A stretch of 64,000 bases of DNA, from contig NC_042998.1 in assembly GCF_006345805.1 (NCBI RefSeq), forward strand, positions 85,808,001 through 85,872,000, read 5' to 3'. Under the pieces are notes generated by a model. That model was not told the origin of the DNA and made no database searches. It saw only the letters and a program-made list of their open reading frames with translations. Source of the stretch: Octopus sinensis. Lineage: Eukaryota. This document shows, piece after piece, positions 26,326-39,052 of the stretch. Each line of letters starts with the position of its first letter. Positions within the stretch are counted from its first letter, which is position 1. Made by a program: the position numbers and the translations under genes.

Positions 26326-28229
26326 GTAACTATCTGTAATTGTATGCATTTTCTCAATAGTGAATCATTTTGAGAAGTCTCTAAATGTTGTTGAAATAAA
26401 TAGCTACATATGTGTATGGGTGTAAGCATGGTGGTGTGGTAAGTAGTTTGCCTCCCAACCACATGGTTTCAGTTTCAGTCCCATTGTATGCTGCCTTGAG
26501 CAAGTGTCAATAACACTGGGCCAACCAAAGCCTTGTGAGTGGGTGTAGAAAATGGAAACTGAAAGAAGACTGTTATATATGTGTGTGTGTGTGTGTGTGT
26601 GTCTGTGTACATGTATCCTTGTGTGTGTGTATGTGTCTTATTATACAGGAATTGTAATAAACAAGTAACACCATCATTTCCAGTCTTCTGTGAAAACATG
26701 TCCAGTTATAGGGAAATATTATCTTGCTTAGAAACATACAAGGGTTTGCAACAGGATGGGCATCCAGCCATAGAAAATCTGCCTCAATGAATTCTGTCTG
26801 ACTCATGCAAGCATGGAGAAGTGGATGTTAAAAATGATGATGATGGTACATACATACACATGATGAAATGTACTGTGCACATCATGGTTTTAGAAGTTGG
26901 TACACCTTGTTCCTGCATGTTATAAGAAGCAGCTAAAAGTCTGGTGGTGGGGAAAGGCATTTGGCTGTAAAACACTGCCTTAGAAAAACCATCCAACCCT
27001 TGCTTGTATGGAAAAGCAGACGTAAATTACAAATGATGACAAGTATCTATTTTATTGCACTTCAATACTATGATTGGTTAATTGGTCTCTTAGGAAATAG
27101 CACCAAAATCTCTCTAGTTAGTAATTACATGCAGGTTTCCTGCACATAAGTCAAAAAATGAGATGGTTATGGCTGGAATCTATTTGTTTATATATCTACT
27201 CAATTGGGACTGACTAGGGGTTAAATAATAACACTCCATAAATACACAGCATTAATTTAATCAGCACATTCATCCCAAAGCTATAATGCAGTAACCCTTT
27301 TTTTATAAGCCAATAAGAGAGCTTCATCATGTTGGTTGTTCAGCCTGCTAGAAGTAGCAGCCAAATATCTCACAGATGACCTTAATTTGAATGCTAGACC
27401 TTTATCTGTTTGCTATTTTAATATCTTCACCTGGTCTTTGAAGCAGGGTGCCTTCAGCAGAACACACTCTGTTGTAAAACAACTGAACATATGTTGGTCC
27501 TGAGGTTGAATAACTTGACGTCTCACTGTTGTTTTGTTGCTAACTCACGAGGTGTGGTCCCTTCTGCTCTTTCTTCTGCCACTGTTGAGAATCCTGAAAA
27601 AAGTTCATAAGCACTGCCTTTTCTCCTCTGGTCAAGCCATGAAGAAAATATACCCTGCCATTATAAAAATTGGATAAGATAATATATTCTTTATATTTTG
27701 TTTTTCACTCATTTCAGTCATTGGACTGCAGCCATGCTGGGGTATCACCCTTAGTCGAGCAAATCAACCCCAGTATTTTTAAAGTTTGGTACTTACTGTA
27801 TTAGTCTCTGTTACTGAACTGCTTAGTTATAGCTGAAGAACAAACTGTTTACGAAAAGTTGGACAAGTGACAATAGAATTTTTGAGTAAGAAGACATTTT
27901 AGCTGAAGTGTACACACTGGGGTAGCAGTCATTTTTTCAGATTGATTACGTATTACATAAATTCATCATTGGCTTAACATCCACTTTTCCATGCTTGCAT
28001 GGATCAGACACAGTTCATTGAGGTAGATTTTCTATAACTGGCCAGCCTTACTGTCCTCAACCTTCACCTGATTAATAATATTTCTCCATGGCTGGACATG
28101 TTTCCACACAAAACTGGAAACAAGCTGTTGTGTCTGTGTCTTAAGATGGTACTTGGGGGAAAGTGTTTATAACAAATATATTTATTGTTTCTAAATATTT
28201 GATTGATTTAATTTCTGTTTAACTTTCAG

Positions 28230-28310
28230 GTCATATATCTGGGATCATTGTTGGTTTGATATACTGTAAAACTCCCTTGAAAGATATTTTCAGCAGAATA
28301 TTCCCACCAG
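28230..28310 (+). CDS. RHBDD1: RHBDD1 coding exon 3 (catalytic His)
   Basis: Acceptor aactttcag; reads (G)HISGIIVGLIYCKTPLKDIFSRIFPP with the rhomboid TM6 GHxxG motif; donor G|GTAAAG at 28311; 81 nt, phase 1/1. Confidence 0.92.
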
Positions 28311-28406
28311 GTAAAGTATATTTCATAATTGTACAGTGCAGAGAACATGCATGTGTCTGACTGTTGGTTTTTATGTGTGTCAGTGTGTGTGTGCATGTAT
28401 GTTGTG

Positions 28407-28490
<84 letters not shown>

Positions 28491-29621
28491 CATCATCATC
28501 ATCATCATTTAGCGTTCGCTTTCCATGCTAGCATGGGTTGGATGGTTCAACTGGGGTCTGTGAAGCCAGAAGGCTGCATCAGGCCCAGTCTGATCTGGCA
28601 GGGTTTCTATGGCTGGATGCCCTTCGTCTTCCATGTTGGCATGGGTTGGACAGTTTGATAGTAACTGGTTAGCTGGGAGTTGCCCTGACTTCTATTGTGT
28701 TTTGTGGCATCATTTCTATGGCTGGATGCCCTTCCTAACACCAAGCACTTCACAGAGTGTGCTGGGTGCTTTTTATGTGCCACTGTCAAGGGTGCACTTA
28801 TGCAGCACTGGCACAAATGTGACACTGACACCTGTAAAAGAACAAGCCTCTTTGTATGGATTGCAGAGATTTTACATGACTTGATGTGTATTCTCAAGTA
28901 AAATTGTTGCCCTTCATATATATGGACTTGTCCCATTACAGGTGCTGTGCAAATGCAGCCGTGATGTATATGTATGTGTGGGTGTGTATTTAATCCAGAG
29001 AAGACAAAGAATGAATTTAGCTCATTATTATTTTGGTACTACTCTGTTTCTATGCTATTGCATCTAAATAGTTATACAATATTTGCAGTTGATTATATTG
29101 GAATTGCACTTTTTCTGACTAGCATCAAGATCTGTGCTCTTACATATATGCATAATGTAAAAAGTGATTCAGACAAATTTTCAGGGAATACAAAAATGCA
29201 GAAAAGACAACAGATACAGACAAGCTCTACCCTTCATCAGTTGTCAACCAAATGTCATCATAATTTTGACACTGTCTGACTATATTGGATTGGATTGTTT
29301 GACAGGAGCTGGCAAGCCGGGGGGGGGGGGGGGGGCTGCACCTGGCTCCCGTCATCTGATACGGTATGGTTTCTATGGCTGGATACCCTTCTTAACCTCA
29401 ACTACTTTATAGACTGTACTGCCTGCTTTTTATCTGGCACCAGCATGGGTGCTTCTTATATGACGTTAGTACAGGTACTTTTTATGTGGTGCCAGCATGG
29501 GTAGCCAATATAAATGTTGGTTGGTTGAATATAATGCTAATAAAGTTAGTGGTCCTCTCGCTCCCAAACCTACAATCTTACAGCTATAAATCCAACACCT
29601 GAAATATGAGGCATATTAGCA

Positions 29622-30003
29622 GGTGCAGGAGTGGTTATGTGGTAAGTAGCTTGCTTACCAACCACATGGTTCAGGGTTCAGTCCCACTTTATGGCACCTT
29701 GGGCAAGTGTCTTCTACTGTAGCCTTCGGCCGACCAAAGCCTTGTGAGTGGATTTGGTAGATGGAAACTTAAAGAAGCCCGTGTATATATGTATATATAT
29801 GTGTGTGTGTCTGTGTTTGTCCCCCCAACATCGCTTAACAACCGATGCTGGTGTGTTTACGTCCCCATAACTTAGCAGTTTGGCAAAGAGACCAATAGAA
29901 TAAGTACTAGGCTTACAAAAATAAGTCCCGGGGTCGATTTGCTCATCTAAAGGTGGTGCTCCAGCATGACTGCAGTCAAATGACTGAAACAAGTAAAAGA
30001 GTA
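29622..30003 (+). mobile_element. SINE family A copy in last RHBDD1 intron
   Basis: Colinear with 12187-12590; ends about 130 nt upstream of the 30131 acceptor. Confidence 0.9.
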
Positions 30004-30130
30004 TAAGAATGAAAGTTAATACTTAAGTATTATATTGTTGTATGAGAATGTTAGTGAATCTTTTACTATGCTATGGTGTTAATATTGTGTTAATTTAGTA
30101 AACACTTCACATTATTTTCTTTTGTTGCAG

Positions 30131-30264
30131 ATCAAAGAAGTGAGAGTGAGCATGAAAATCCATATTCTAGTAATAGATATAATCAATATCCTGGTCACCA
30201 ACCGCATTATGATGCTTATCAATCTCCATATACACCATATGGGTTCCGCTACAGAAGGTTCTGA
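30131..30264 (+). CDS. RHBDD1: RHBDD1 terminal coding exon
   Basis: Acceptor ttttctttgttgcag; phase-1 frame gives (D)QRSESEHENPYSSNRYNQYPGHQPHYDAYQSPYTPYGFRYRRF*, a Tyr/Pro/Ser-rich tail with PYGF as recalled for RHBDD1; TGA at 30262-30264. The four exons total 819 nt = 272 aa plus stop. Confidence 0.8.
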
Positions 30265-33200
30265 AGATATTAAAGAGACACTCTTAATGACAATCTCCTG
30301 TTTGTTGAGATCCACTTTTTGGGTAATTGTGCCATTTATTTTCATTAGGAATTTTTTCATATGGGGACACACCTCTCTTTTACCAAGTCCTTCCTTTCCA
30401 GGACTGAGACCCTTTGGCATTCGTTCCTCCAATCATGCTTTCACAACACATGTTCATGCTGAATATGGTTTGCTGGAAGGGCCTGCAGGGTTGTGGGAAT
30501 TGCCCTCACCTCTCCTCTGACTGGCTTTATCATCATCATCATTGTTTTAACGTCTACTTTTCTTTACCTGCTTGAGTCAGACAAAATTCATTGAGGCAGA
30601 TTTTCTATGGCTGCTTGCCCATCATTTGTCACCAACCCACACCTGTTTCCAAGCAAGATAATATTTCTCCGTAGCCAGACATGTTTTCACAGAATTTTGG
30701 AAACAGCTTATGTGGTTGTTATTTGTTTACAATTATTATGCAATTTCAAGACAGAAATACAATCACACACACAATGGGCTTCTTTCAGTTTCTGTCTACC
30801 AAATACACTCAAAGCTTTTGTCAGAATGGGCCTACAGTAGAAGGCACTTGTATAGTAAGATTGAACCCGAAAGCAACTGGTTGAGAAGTGAGCATTCTGG
30901 CCATGCTAGGATTTAGTTAAACAAATTAACTTCATTAGTAATTTTAAGTACTTTTGTCAATTTCTTTTGCTGAACTGCTAAGTTGCAAGGATGTAAACAA
31001 ATCAACACTGGTTGTGAAACTGCGTCAACAAATACAAATACACACACACGCACTCACGATGAGTTTCTGGACAGTTTTTGTCTACCAAATTTCACTCACA
31101 AGATACTGATCGGCCTTGGGTTATAGTAGAAGACACTTGTCCAAGTTGAACCTGAAATGTGGTTGCCAAGTGAGCTTCTTAATCACACAGATATGTTTAT
31201 GCTGACCATTAAATGATGTGGTGGGACTAGTCTTTATTTTACAGTTTGTTCAATTAAACCATGTAGAAAAGTGCTTCCTAACCATATTTTTTTTTACTAT
31301 TGTTCCTTTTGTTCTAACTAATACATTTTCAATTTTACCTTGTTACAATTCAATGCCCCCAATTTTTATTTATTTATTTATTTTATTTATTTGCAGATTG
31401 TGCCAGAAGATGTTCAGAGTATTTCTTATTTTTAAAATCTGATCTCCATGTTAAAAGAAATGCAACTTGCTTATTTCCCCTCTACTACTAAATTCATGTA
31501 TTGGCCCTACTATAACAAATGAATATTGGAATTCAAATGAAACTCTGTATACACATCAAACTCTGAATTACATTATTATGCATTATACACTCACATACAC
31601 ACACACACACACACACACAGATATCCCCTCCTTCCCTAAATTGCATGTGCTTATATATGTTTTGGAGATGTACTAACCAGGCTAGTGATCTGAGACTGTT
31701 TTGAAACTAAAGCAATTACAATGTAAAAGATACATTTTATCTTTTGAAAAACACTCAAAAAATGCCAACTTCATTTAAACATTTATTATTTTGTGTTAAA
31801 ATTTTCCTGGCACTAACTGCAGTGGGATCATGAGTGTCCCAGATTGCATTTGGTTTGATGAAAATTTTGACACCAAATAATATATGTAAGTGGGGTTAAC
31901 AGTTTTTATGTGATTTTGAATGAGTAATATGTGTCCTTCATACTGTAATGGTGTTCTTATACATACATGCATGCATGCATACATACATATGTACGTATGT
32001 ATGTATGTGCATGCATGCATAGTAAAATATCATTTAATTAACGTTTTTGGTTGATTGTTTGCATTAGTGGATTGAAAAGAATTTTGCTAAAGAAATCCAC
32101 AGATGTGTAGTGTTTGCCAGAAAATTGATTGAATGAAACCCTGGTCAGATATGTAATCTTGCTTATCTTTCATGCAAACAAACATATATTAGACTCTATA
32201 AGTTAAACACTTTGTGTGTATCACACAAGCACACACATGAAACAAATACATACATACGTATGTATGCAGTTGTCACTGCTATTTGTTTCTAAAACTTAAT
32301 TTCAAATTAAAATTGAAAACGAAAAAAAAAATTTTTGAATATTTTATTTATTTTTATAATAACGTTCCTTTGAAATTACTAAAAACAATTCTGATAAATA
32401 AAATTGAAAACAATAAGATAAAATTCCTGTCTTTAACAAAGTGTTCCTCTAAAACATTTTGATGTATTTTGCTCAAATTTTCAAGAAAATTTATTGCTAA
32501 AAAATAAAAAGAAATGTTATTTTTATGTGTAGCTTATTTAAAAAAGTTAAAAACTTGTAAAAAGGGGTATGGTTTCCCTTAGATTTTAACTGTGCAAACT
32601 TGAATGAAACTTAGCAATACCCACACCCACCTTTTTGTTTTAATTTTGCTTTATTTGTATATTGGTATCTTATGCTGTTACATCTTATCACTTGAATGTT
32701 TTGTCTTGTAATCTATTGTCATTAAAATATACCCTATTTTCTGAATTATTTTTAATTATTTTGTTTTGTTATGATTTCCAGTTGTAACCTGTTCTCTTTA
32801 CTTCATTATTTTTGTTGTTTATTTTTCCTTGGAAAAGGCAAGTTTCTTTGTTTTTACATCAATTTATTTTCCCTGCTAGCTGAGGTTAAAGAAATATATA
32901 TTTGAATCCTTGCTCTACTTGTCACCAACCCTTAGTTGTTTACCTACATTTCAAGTATAAGGCCAGCAGTCAAACCCTTGACAGAACAAATAATCACTAA
33001 TGTAGCTGCACAATTTTTGGAGAAGCATATATGTAAACAAACATGCAAGCACACACCTGTGTAAGCTTCTTTCAGTTCCCATGTACCAAGTTCACTCACA
33101 ATGCCCAAAACTATAGTAGATGACATTTGTCCAAGATAGTTTATGTTGGGATTGAACTTGAAACCATATGATTGGGAAACAAACTTCCTAATCACACATG

Positions 33201-33707
33201 GAAAGGCAAAGGCCGATACAGCTTGGCACCAGTGATGTCGCAACTCATTTCTACAGCTGAGTTAACTGGAGCAACATGACATAAAGTGTCTTGCTCAAGA
33301 ACACAGCACACAGCCCGGTTTGGGAATCGAAACCCATTCCCAATCATTTTAAGTCTGCAACAGCGTGTCTATAAAAAAATGCTACAATTTTAAAATCTAT
33401 GTCAAATGTACTTATATTTTATAGTTCTGTTTGTTGCTAAGGTTCTGGAAAATTCATGTCTCCTTTCCTAAGAAATATGTATCTTTGTGCCCATATAAAA
33501 GTCATTGTCTCAGAGTTGAGTCCCATGTATACAAGGTAATTCATAAGTCTGGCATTTAAATGATGCATAAACATTACATTTTATTTGTTATTTTGTGAAA
33601 GTTATATTTTTAATTCTATCTTTGGCATTTGGTTGTGAATACTTTAATGTGTGTGTGTGTGTATACACACACACACACACACACACTCACATTTTATATA
33701 TATATGT

Positions 33708-33980
33708 GAGGGTGCATGGCTCAGTGGTTAGAGCGTCAAGCTTACATTTGTGAGGTTGTGAGTTCGATTCCCGAACCGTGCTGTGTTCTTGAGCAAGACA
33801 CTTTGTCATGTTGCTCCAGTTAACTCAGCTGTAGAAATGAGTTGCGATATCACTGGTGCCAAGCTGTATCGGCCTTTGCCTTTCCCTTGGATGACATCAG
33901 TGGTGTGGAGAGGGGAGGCTGGTATGCATGGGTGACTGCTGACCTTCCATAAACAACCTTGCCCAGACTTGTACCTCGGA
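33708..33980 (+). mobile_element. tRNA-derived SINE family D
   Basis: TGGCTCAGTGG box A, GAGTTCGATTCCC box B; inverted partial copy at 33200-33335. Confidence 0.8.
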
Positions 33981-35904
33981 TCCCATAGTAATTCATCACC
34001 AAAGGGGGTCCTATATACATATATAGCGAGAGAGAGTAATAATAAACATAGGAAATGTAATTGGCATTTTAAACTTTAATAAAGTATACAAACTGTAAAC
34101 TGCTTTTCATTTTGCATAACAATTGGTCAGATTGTGTAATACAAAGAAAATCATTCACCTCATCAGTATTCTCAGTAAAAAAATACAAAGTTCGGTGGGA
34201 TGCATGCTTTAATATATTCCAGCTTTGTAAATTACATTCAGTAGCATTGTTATGGTAGAATAGTAGGTGACAGTATGTGAAGTTGTTGGATTGTGTTTAA
34301 AAAAGAAAGATGAGAGGAAGGTAGTGGTGGACATTCCTCCCCTCCATACATAGCCAGGCGCACACACGCATAGAGAGGAGGGAGGAAAATGAAATATACA
34401 TGAGGCAATGTATACCATTGACCTGTCATAGCAACTGATCCATTGTCTCAGTTCTCTTTCTGATATATGCCACTGACTGTTTTTACAATAGTGGCTATTT
34501 TGTTGTTGCCAATGTTATTATTGTTGAGCCTATGGCACCTTGGGGTATTTTTCTTTTTTCACCTCCTGTTACTATTGCATAAATATGTGTGCAGATATGT
34601 ATGTGTTTGTGTCTGCCTGAATATGTATGGAGGGGAGGTATGACTGACGACCTCCCCTCTCTCATCAACTATCTATCTGTCTTCTTTTAACATCATCCTA
34701 CTACTTCACACTCTATTTTACCATATCAATGATATTGAATGTAATTTGCAAAACTGGAATATATTAAACTACGCATCTCACTGAGCTGTGTGTGTGTGTT
34801 TTTTTTTTTATACTGAGAATGCTGTATTATGCAATTTGACTAACTGCCTTGTGTAATCATAACAATTGGTTTACAGAAATACGCGTTTTATAAGCTTAAA
34901 ATATAATTATGTTTCCTGTACTTATTATTGCTATCCCATGGCTTAAATTCTGCACATTAGTTTATCTGGATATATGATGGCCTTCACCAAACCATGCTGG
35001 GTACAGGAATGACATGTGGAAACTTCTACTGAGCCTGAACCTTTGTGCTATATATATATATAATATATATATATCTTAAAATGGGAAAATGTTCTTTGTT
35101 TTAAAAATGACAAGATAGAAGTGACTCTACTATTGTTGTCATGGGAGGATCATTATGCCAACAATAAACACGCTCATTAGTTCTGTTTCATTTCTTTTAA
35201 AATTATTAATTAACATTTAACTAATTAAAAAAAATCAATTGTTTGATTAATCATTTAGTCAATCAATTGACTAGGTTTGCCAAAATCCATTTATTGCTGT
35301 TTGTGAGCCCATCAATGACATACCATGTGTACTCCAGGTTCACCTCAGGTGTCTATGTGTCATTATGAAGTTGATGTTAAGAAAGAAAGCAAGAAGTATC
35401 AAGCTTGCGTTAATTAATTGATGAGCTGGCAGGATTGTTATGATGCTAGACAAGGCACTTAATGGCATTTCTTCCAGTTTTATGTTTTCAATTCAAATTC
35501 TGTCAAGGTTAACTTTGCTTTCCATCCTTTTGGTGGTCAATAAAAAAGAAGTCCTAATCAAGTACCAGGGAGATGTAATTGATTTGCCCCCTCACCTCAA
35601 AATTGCTGGCCTTGTGCTATAATTAGAATTATTAAGTTGATGTCTCCAATAAAAATTTACATGAAATGTTTGTGTAATGTTTTAATTTAGATAGCTTTAG
35701 GAAAAAAAGTTTTTGTACCATGGGACTAAGTGTGGTTTATTATCAAAAGGGTTAATGTTAAAGGGAGTTTTTAATCACTTTGTTTAACTTGTACTATAAA
35801 GTGGACTGTCATTAAATTGAAAGAAGTAGTGCAGTGGATTGGCTTTTTGGTATCATGGTGACCAATTTTCTGCTTTTCTTTCTTTGATATTCTCCTCATC
35901 ATTC

Positions 35905-35992
35905 TTATACATTACTCATTCTTTCATCATATTTAGCTTCTTTATCCTTCTTTTTCTTTTCTTGTTTCTCTTTTATGAAAAAGTTGGTAACC
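35905..35992 (-). CDS. Candidate terminal (or internal) exon of unidentified minus-strand gene
   Basis: attatttttcattgtag| acceptor; phase-2 frame VTNFFIKEKQEKKKKDKEAKYDERMSNV*, purine-rich and coding-like; the other two frames stop earlier. Confidence 0.4.
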
Positions 35993-36625
35993 CTACAATG
36001 AAAAATAATGTAATTTGTGATTAAAGATTACATTTGCAGCAACAACAGCCACACCACCAACGTCACCAACACCACCATCACCTACACTACCATTATGTGG
36101 GAGTTTCTACCTGGTTCCTCATCTTGCTAGAAATCATACTCAAATTACAGCCCCACCATCTTAGGAAAAAACATGTTGGTTAATATAGATCTCAGTTCTT
36201 TGCATACATGAAATAGATGGAATGATCATGGGTGGAATACTTTTGACCTAAAGGTCTGTTTGATCAGAGATGGCCTTAGGGTACATGACAACAACAGCAT
36301 CATCATCATTCATTCATTCATTCTAATGCCTGCTTTCCCAAGCTTGCATGGGTCAGACAGACTTTGTTGAGGCAGATTTTCTATAGTTGGCTGCCCTTCC
36401 TGTTGCCAATCCTCACTTGTTTCCAAGTAAGGTAATATTTCCCCATAACCAAGCATGTTTTCATGGAAGATTGGAAACAAAGGACTCTGCTTGCACGATG
36501 GTAACATTGATGTACAACTATCATATAATGTTAAGACAAAGTAACAGTAACATACACATATGTATATGCCATCACAGAAAATGAACATTAAATGATGATG
36601 ATGATGGCGGTGGTGTGTGTGTGCG

Positions 36626-38168
36626 TAGAAATAACTATGGCAGTATCAAATTGTTGGATCAGGTGCTGAAAGTTGCAGAGAGGGTCCAAACCCAACTAGT
36701 TAGTAAGAGAGTTGGTCTAGATTAGATGCAGTTTGGTTAAGTGCCAAGGAGAAGCATCACTGATGCTATATTTCTGGTTAAGCAGCTGCAGGAGAAATAC
36801 CTAGCCAAAGATAAACCTCTGTACTTAGCTTTTGCTGACATGGAGAAAGTCTTTGACAGGGTCCCCTGCTGTCTTATCCAGTGGCCAATGCAGAAACTAG
36901 GCATTGATGAGTGGTTGGTGAGAGCTTTACAAGCCATGTAAAGAGATGCTGTCAGTAAGGTGAGGGTTGGCAATGAGTATAGCGATGAATTCAGGGTACA
37001 AGTAGGAGTTCAAAGATCAGTCCTCAGCCCCTCTTGTTCATCATAATTCTCCTGGCAATAACAGAGAAATTTAAGACAGGCTTCCCCTGGGAGCTTCTCT
37101 ATGCTGATGACCTTGTTCTTATAGCTGAATCACTACCAGAACTAGAGAAAAAATTGCTGGTGTGGAAGCAAGGTCTAGAATAGAAGGGCCTTAGAATTAA
37201 TCTAGCAAAAACCAAAGTCTTACTAAGTAAGAGAGCAGACAAATCACAAATCCCCTCATGTAGATGGCCCTGCTTGATCTGTAGAAAACGTATAGGTAGA
37301 AACTCCATAAGGTGTACCTGGTGTAAGCTATGTACACAAGAACTTCTACCCCTGTTGGTAGCAAAGGGCCTATCTCTCAGGTGAAAGGTAGACTGTATGA
37401 TGCCTGTATATGAACAGCCATGCTACATAGCAGTGAAACACGGGCTGTGACCACTGAGGACATGTGTAAGCTTGAAAGAAATATAGCTAGTATGCATTGC
37501 TGGATGTGCAATGTAAGTGTGCATGTATGGCAGAGTGTAACTGTCTTGAGAGAAAAGCTGTGTATAAGAGGCAGCAGATTTAGTGCACAAGAGAGATGAC
37601 TGCGCTGGTATGGTCATGTGATGCATATGAACGAAGACAGCTGAGTAAAAAAGTGTTAATCTCTAACTGTGGAGGGAACCTGTGGAAGAGATAGACCCAG
37701 AAAAACATGGGACAAAGTGGTGAAACATAATCTTTGAACATTGGATCTCAAAGAAGTGATAAGTGACTGAGACCTTTGGTGATATGCTGTGCTTGTGAAA
37801 ACTTTGTCAAACCAAGTGAAACCGTAATCGTGAATGATAATAGTGTCATGTAGCAGGCACCCATGTTGGTGGCACATAAAACACACCTATCGAATGTTGG
37901 GCCTCACAGAGGTGATAAGTGACCAAGACCTTTGGCAACATGCAGTGCTTGAGAAAACTTCTGATGCTGGTGTAACTGCTACCCATGCCGATGGCATGTA
38001 AAAAGCACTCATTACACTCTTGGAGTGGTTAGCATTAGGAAGGGCATCCAACCATAGAAACCAAGCCAAATCAGATTGAAACCTGGTGTAGCTCTTCAGC
38101 TTATCAGTTTCAGTCAAACCGTTGACCCATGCCAGCATGGAAAGCAGACACTATATGATGATGTTGAT
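36626..38168 (+). mobile_element. 5'-truncated RTE-clade LINE (degenerate RT plus 3' UTR)
   Basis: RSITDAIFLVKQLQEKYLAKDKPLYLAFADMEKVFDRVP, PWELLYADDLVLIAES, Cys cluster WPCLICRK..SIRC, LRWYGHV; ends with ccatgccagcatgg hairpin and (GAT)n. Confidence 0.9.
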
Positions 38169-38177
38169 GCATGTATG

Positions 38178-38740
38178 TATGTATGTGTCACTTTCAAGTG
38201 CTACTGGTAACATGTAACCCAGTACAACCTGTTGCATGGTTGGGTCATCGACGACTAAACTGGCAACCCCACCAAGCTTGCTTGGTGAGGAGGGTGTTTA
38301 TTGGACACCCTGCGTGATGTAAAACAAAACCCGTCAAAGGGCGGATTAACTCTTGAGAGTCAACGGCCATCCAATAAATGTCTTAAGGATGTATCATGCG
38401 TGGGGACATAGAAATAATCGGACTGAATACCCGATCGCGTGGTTAAACCATTGGGAGTGAAGGACTCCTAGCCTTTGTTAGGGCATCCTTCTAGGAGAAG
38501 GTAACTCAGATAACTGGGATAACTCTGACATAAAACCTGCAGCTCAGTGGTTACCGATGATGTTGACTTGTTCTTCTTTTCGGATTATGGCTGCTGTTGC
38601 TTAGTGAGTGGGATTGGCTCAGTGCACAGCCTTTCCTCACTTTAAAAAAAAACTTCTTGCACAGGCATTGCATGATAACAACATTGATTAAGCTTTGTGC
38701 AATGGCCATACTTGATAACGAGGGGGCAGCCACCATGTAT
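38178..38740 (+). mobile_element. Probable RTE-related non-autonomous element / 5' UTR
   Basis: gggcatccttctaggagaaggtaactc and cagcctttcctcactttaaaa resemble motifs I recall from RTE 5' regions; CpGs retained; (ATGT)n follows. No ORF. Confidence 0.4.
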
Positions 38741-39018
38741 GTATGTATGTGTGTGTGTGTGTGTATGTGTGTGTGTGTGTGTGTGTATGTGTGTGTGTAT
38801 GTATGTATGCATGCATGCATGTATGTATTGCCTGTGCTTGTGCCAAGTAAAAGGCACTAACTCCATTCGACTGAGTGGTTGGTGTTACAAAAGTCATCCA
38901 GCTATAAAAATTCTGCCAAAACAGTCACAGAAGTGTGGCACAGGTTTCTGCCTGGCTCTTGTGAAACCATCCCACCCAAGCTAGCATGGAAGATGGACAT
39001 TAAACAATAATGATGATG

Positions 39019-39052
<34 letters not shown>

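Noticed and set aside
30112-30520. ORFs 30122-30520 (+) and 30112-30432 (-) overlapping the last RHBDD1 exon
   Set aside because: Wrong frame for the phase-1 junction or antisense; no recognisable motifs, and no convincing UIM in the alternative frame.
31397-31442. Good acceptor (ttttatttatttgcag) as an alternative RHBDD1 last exon
   Set aside because: Possible frames (e.g. LCQKMFRVFLIFKI*) show no RHBDD1-like motif; unsupported without RNA data.
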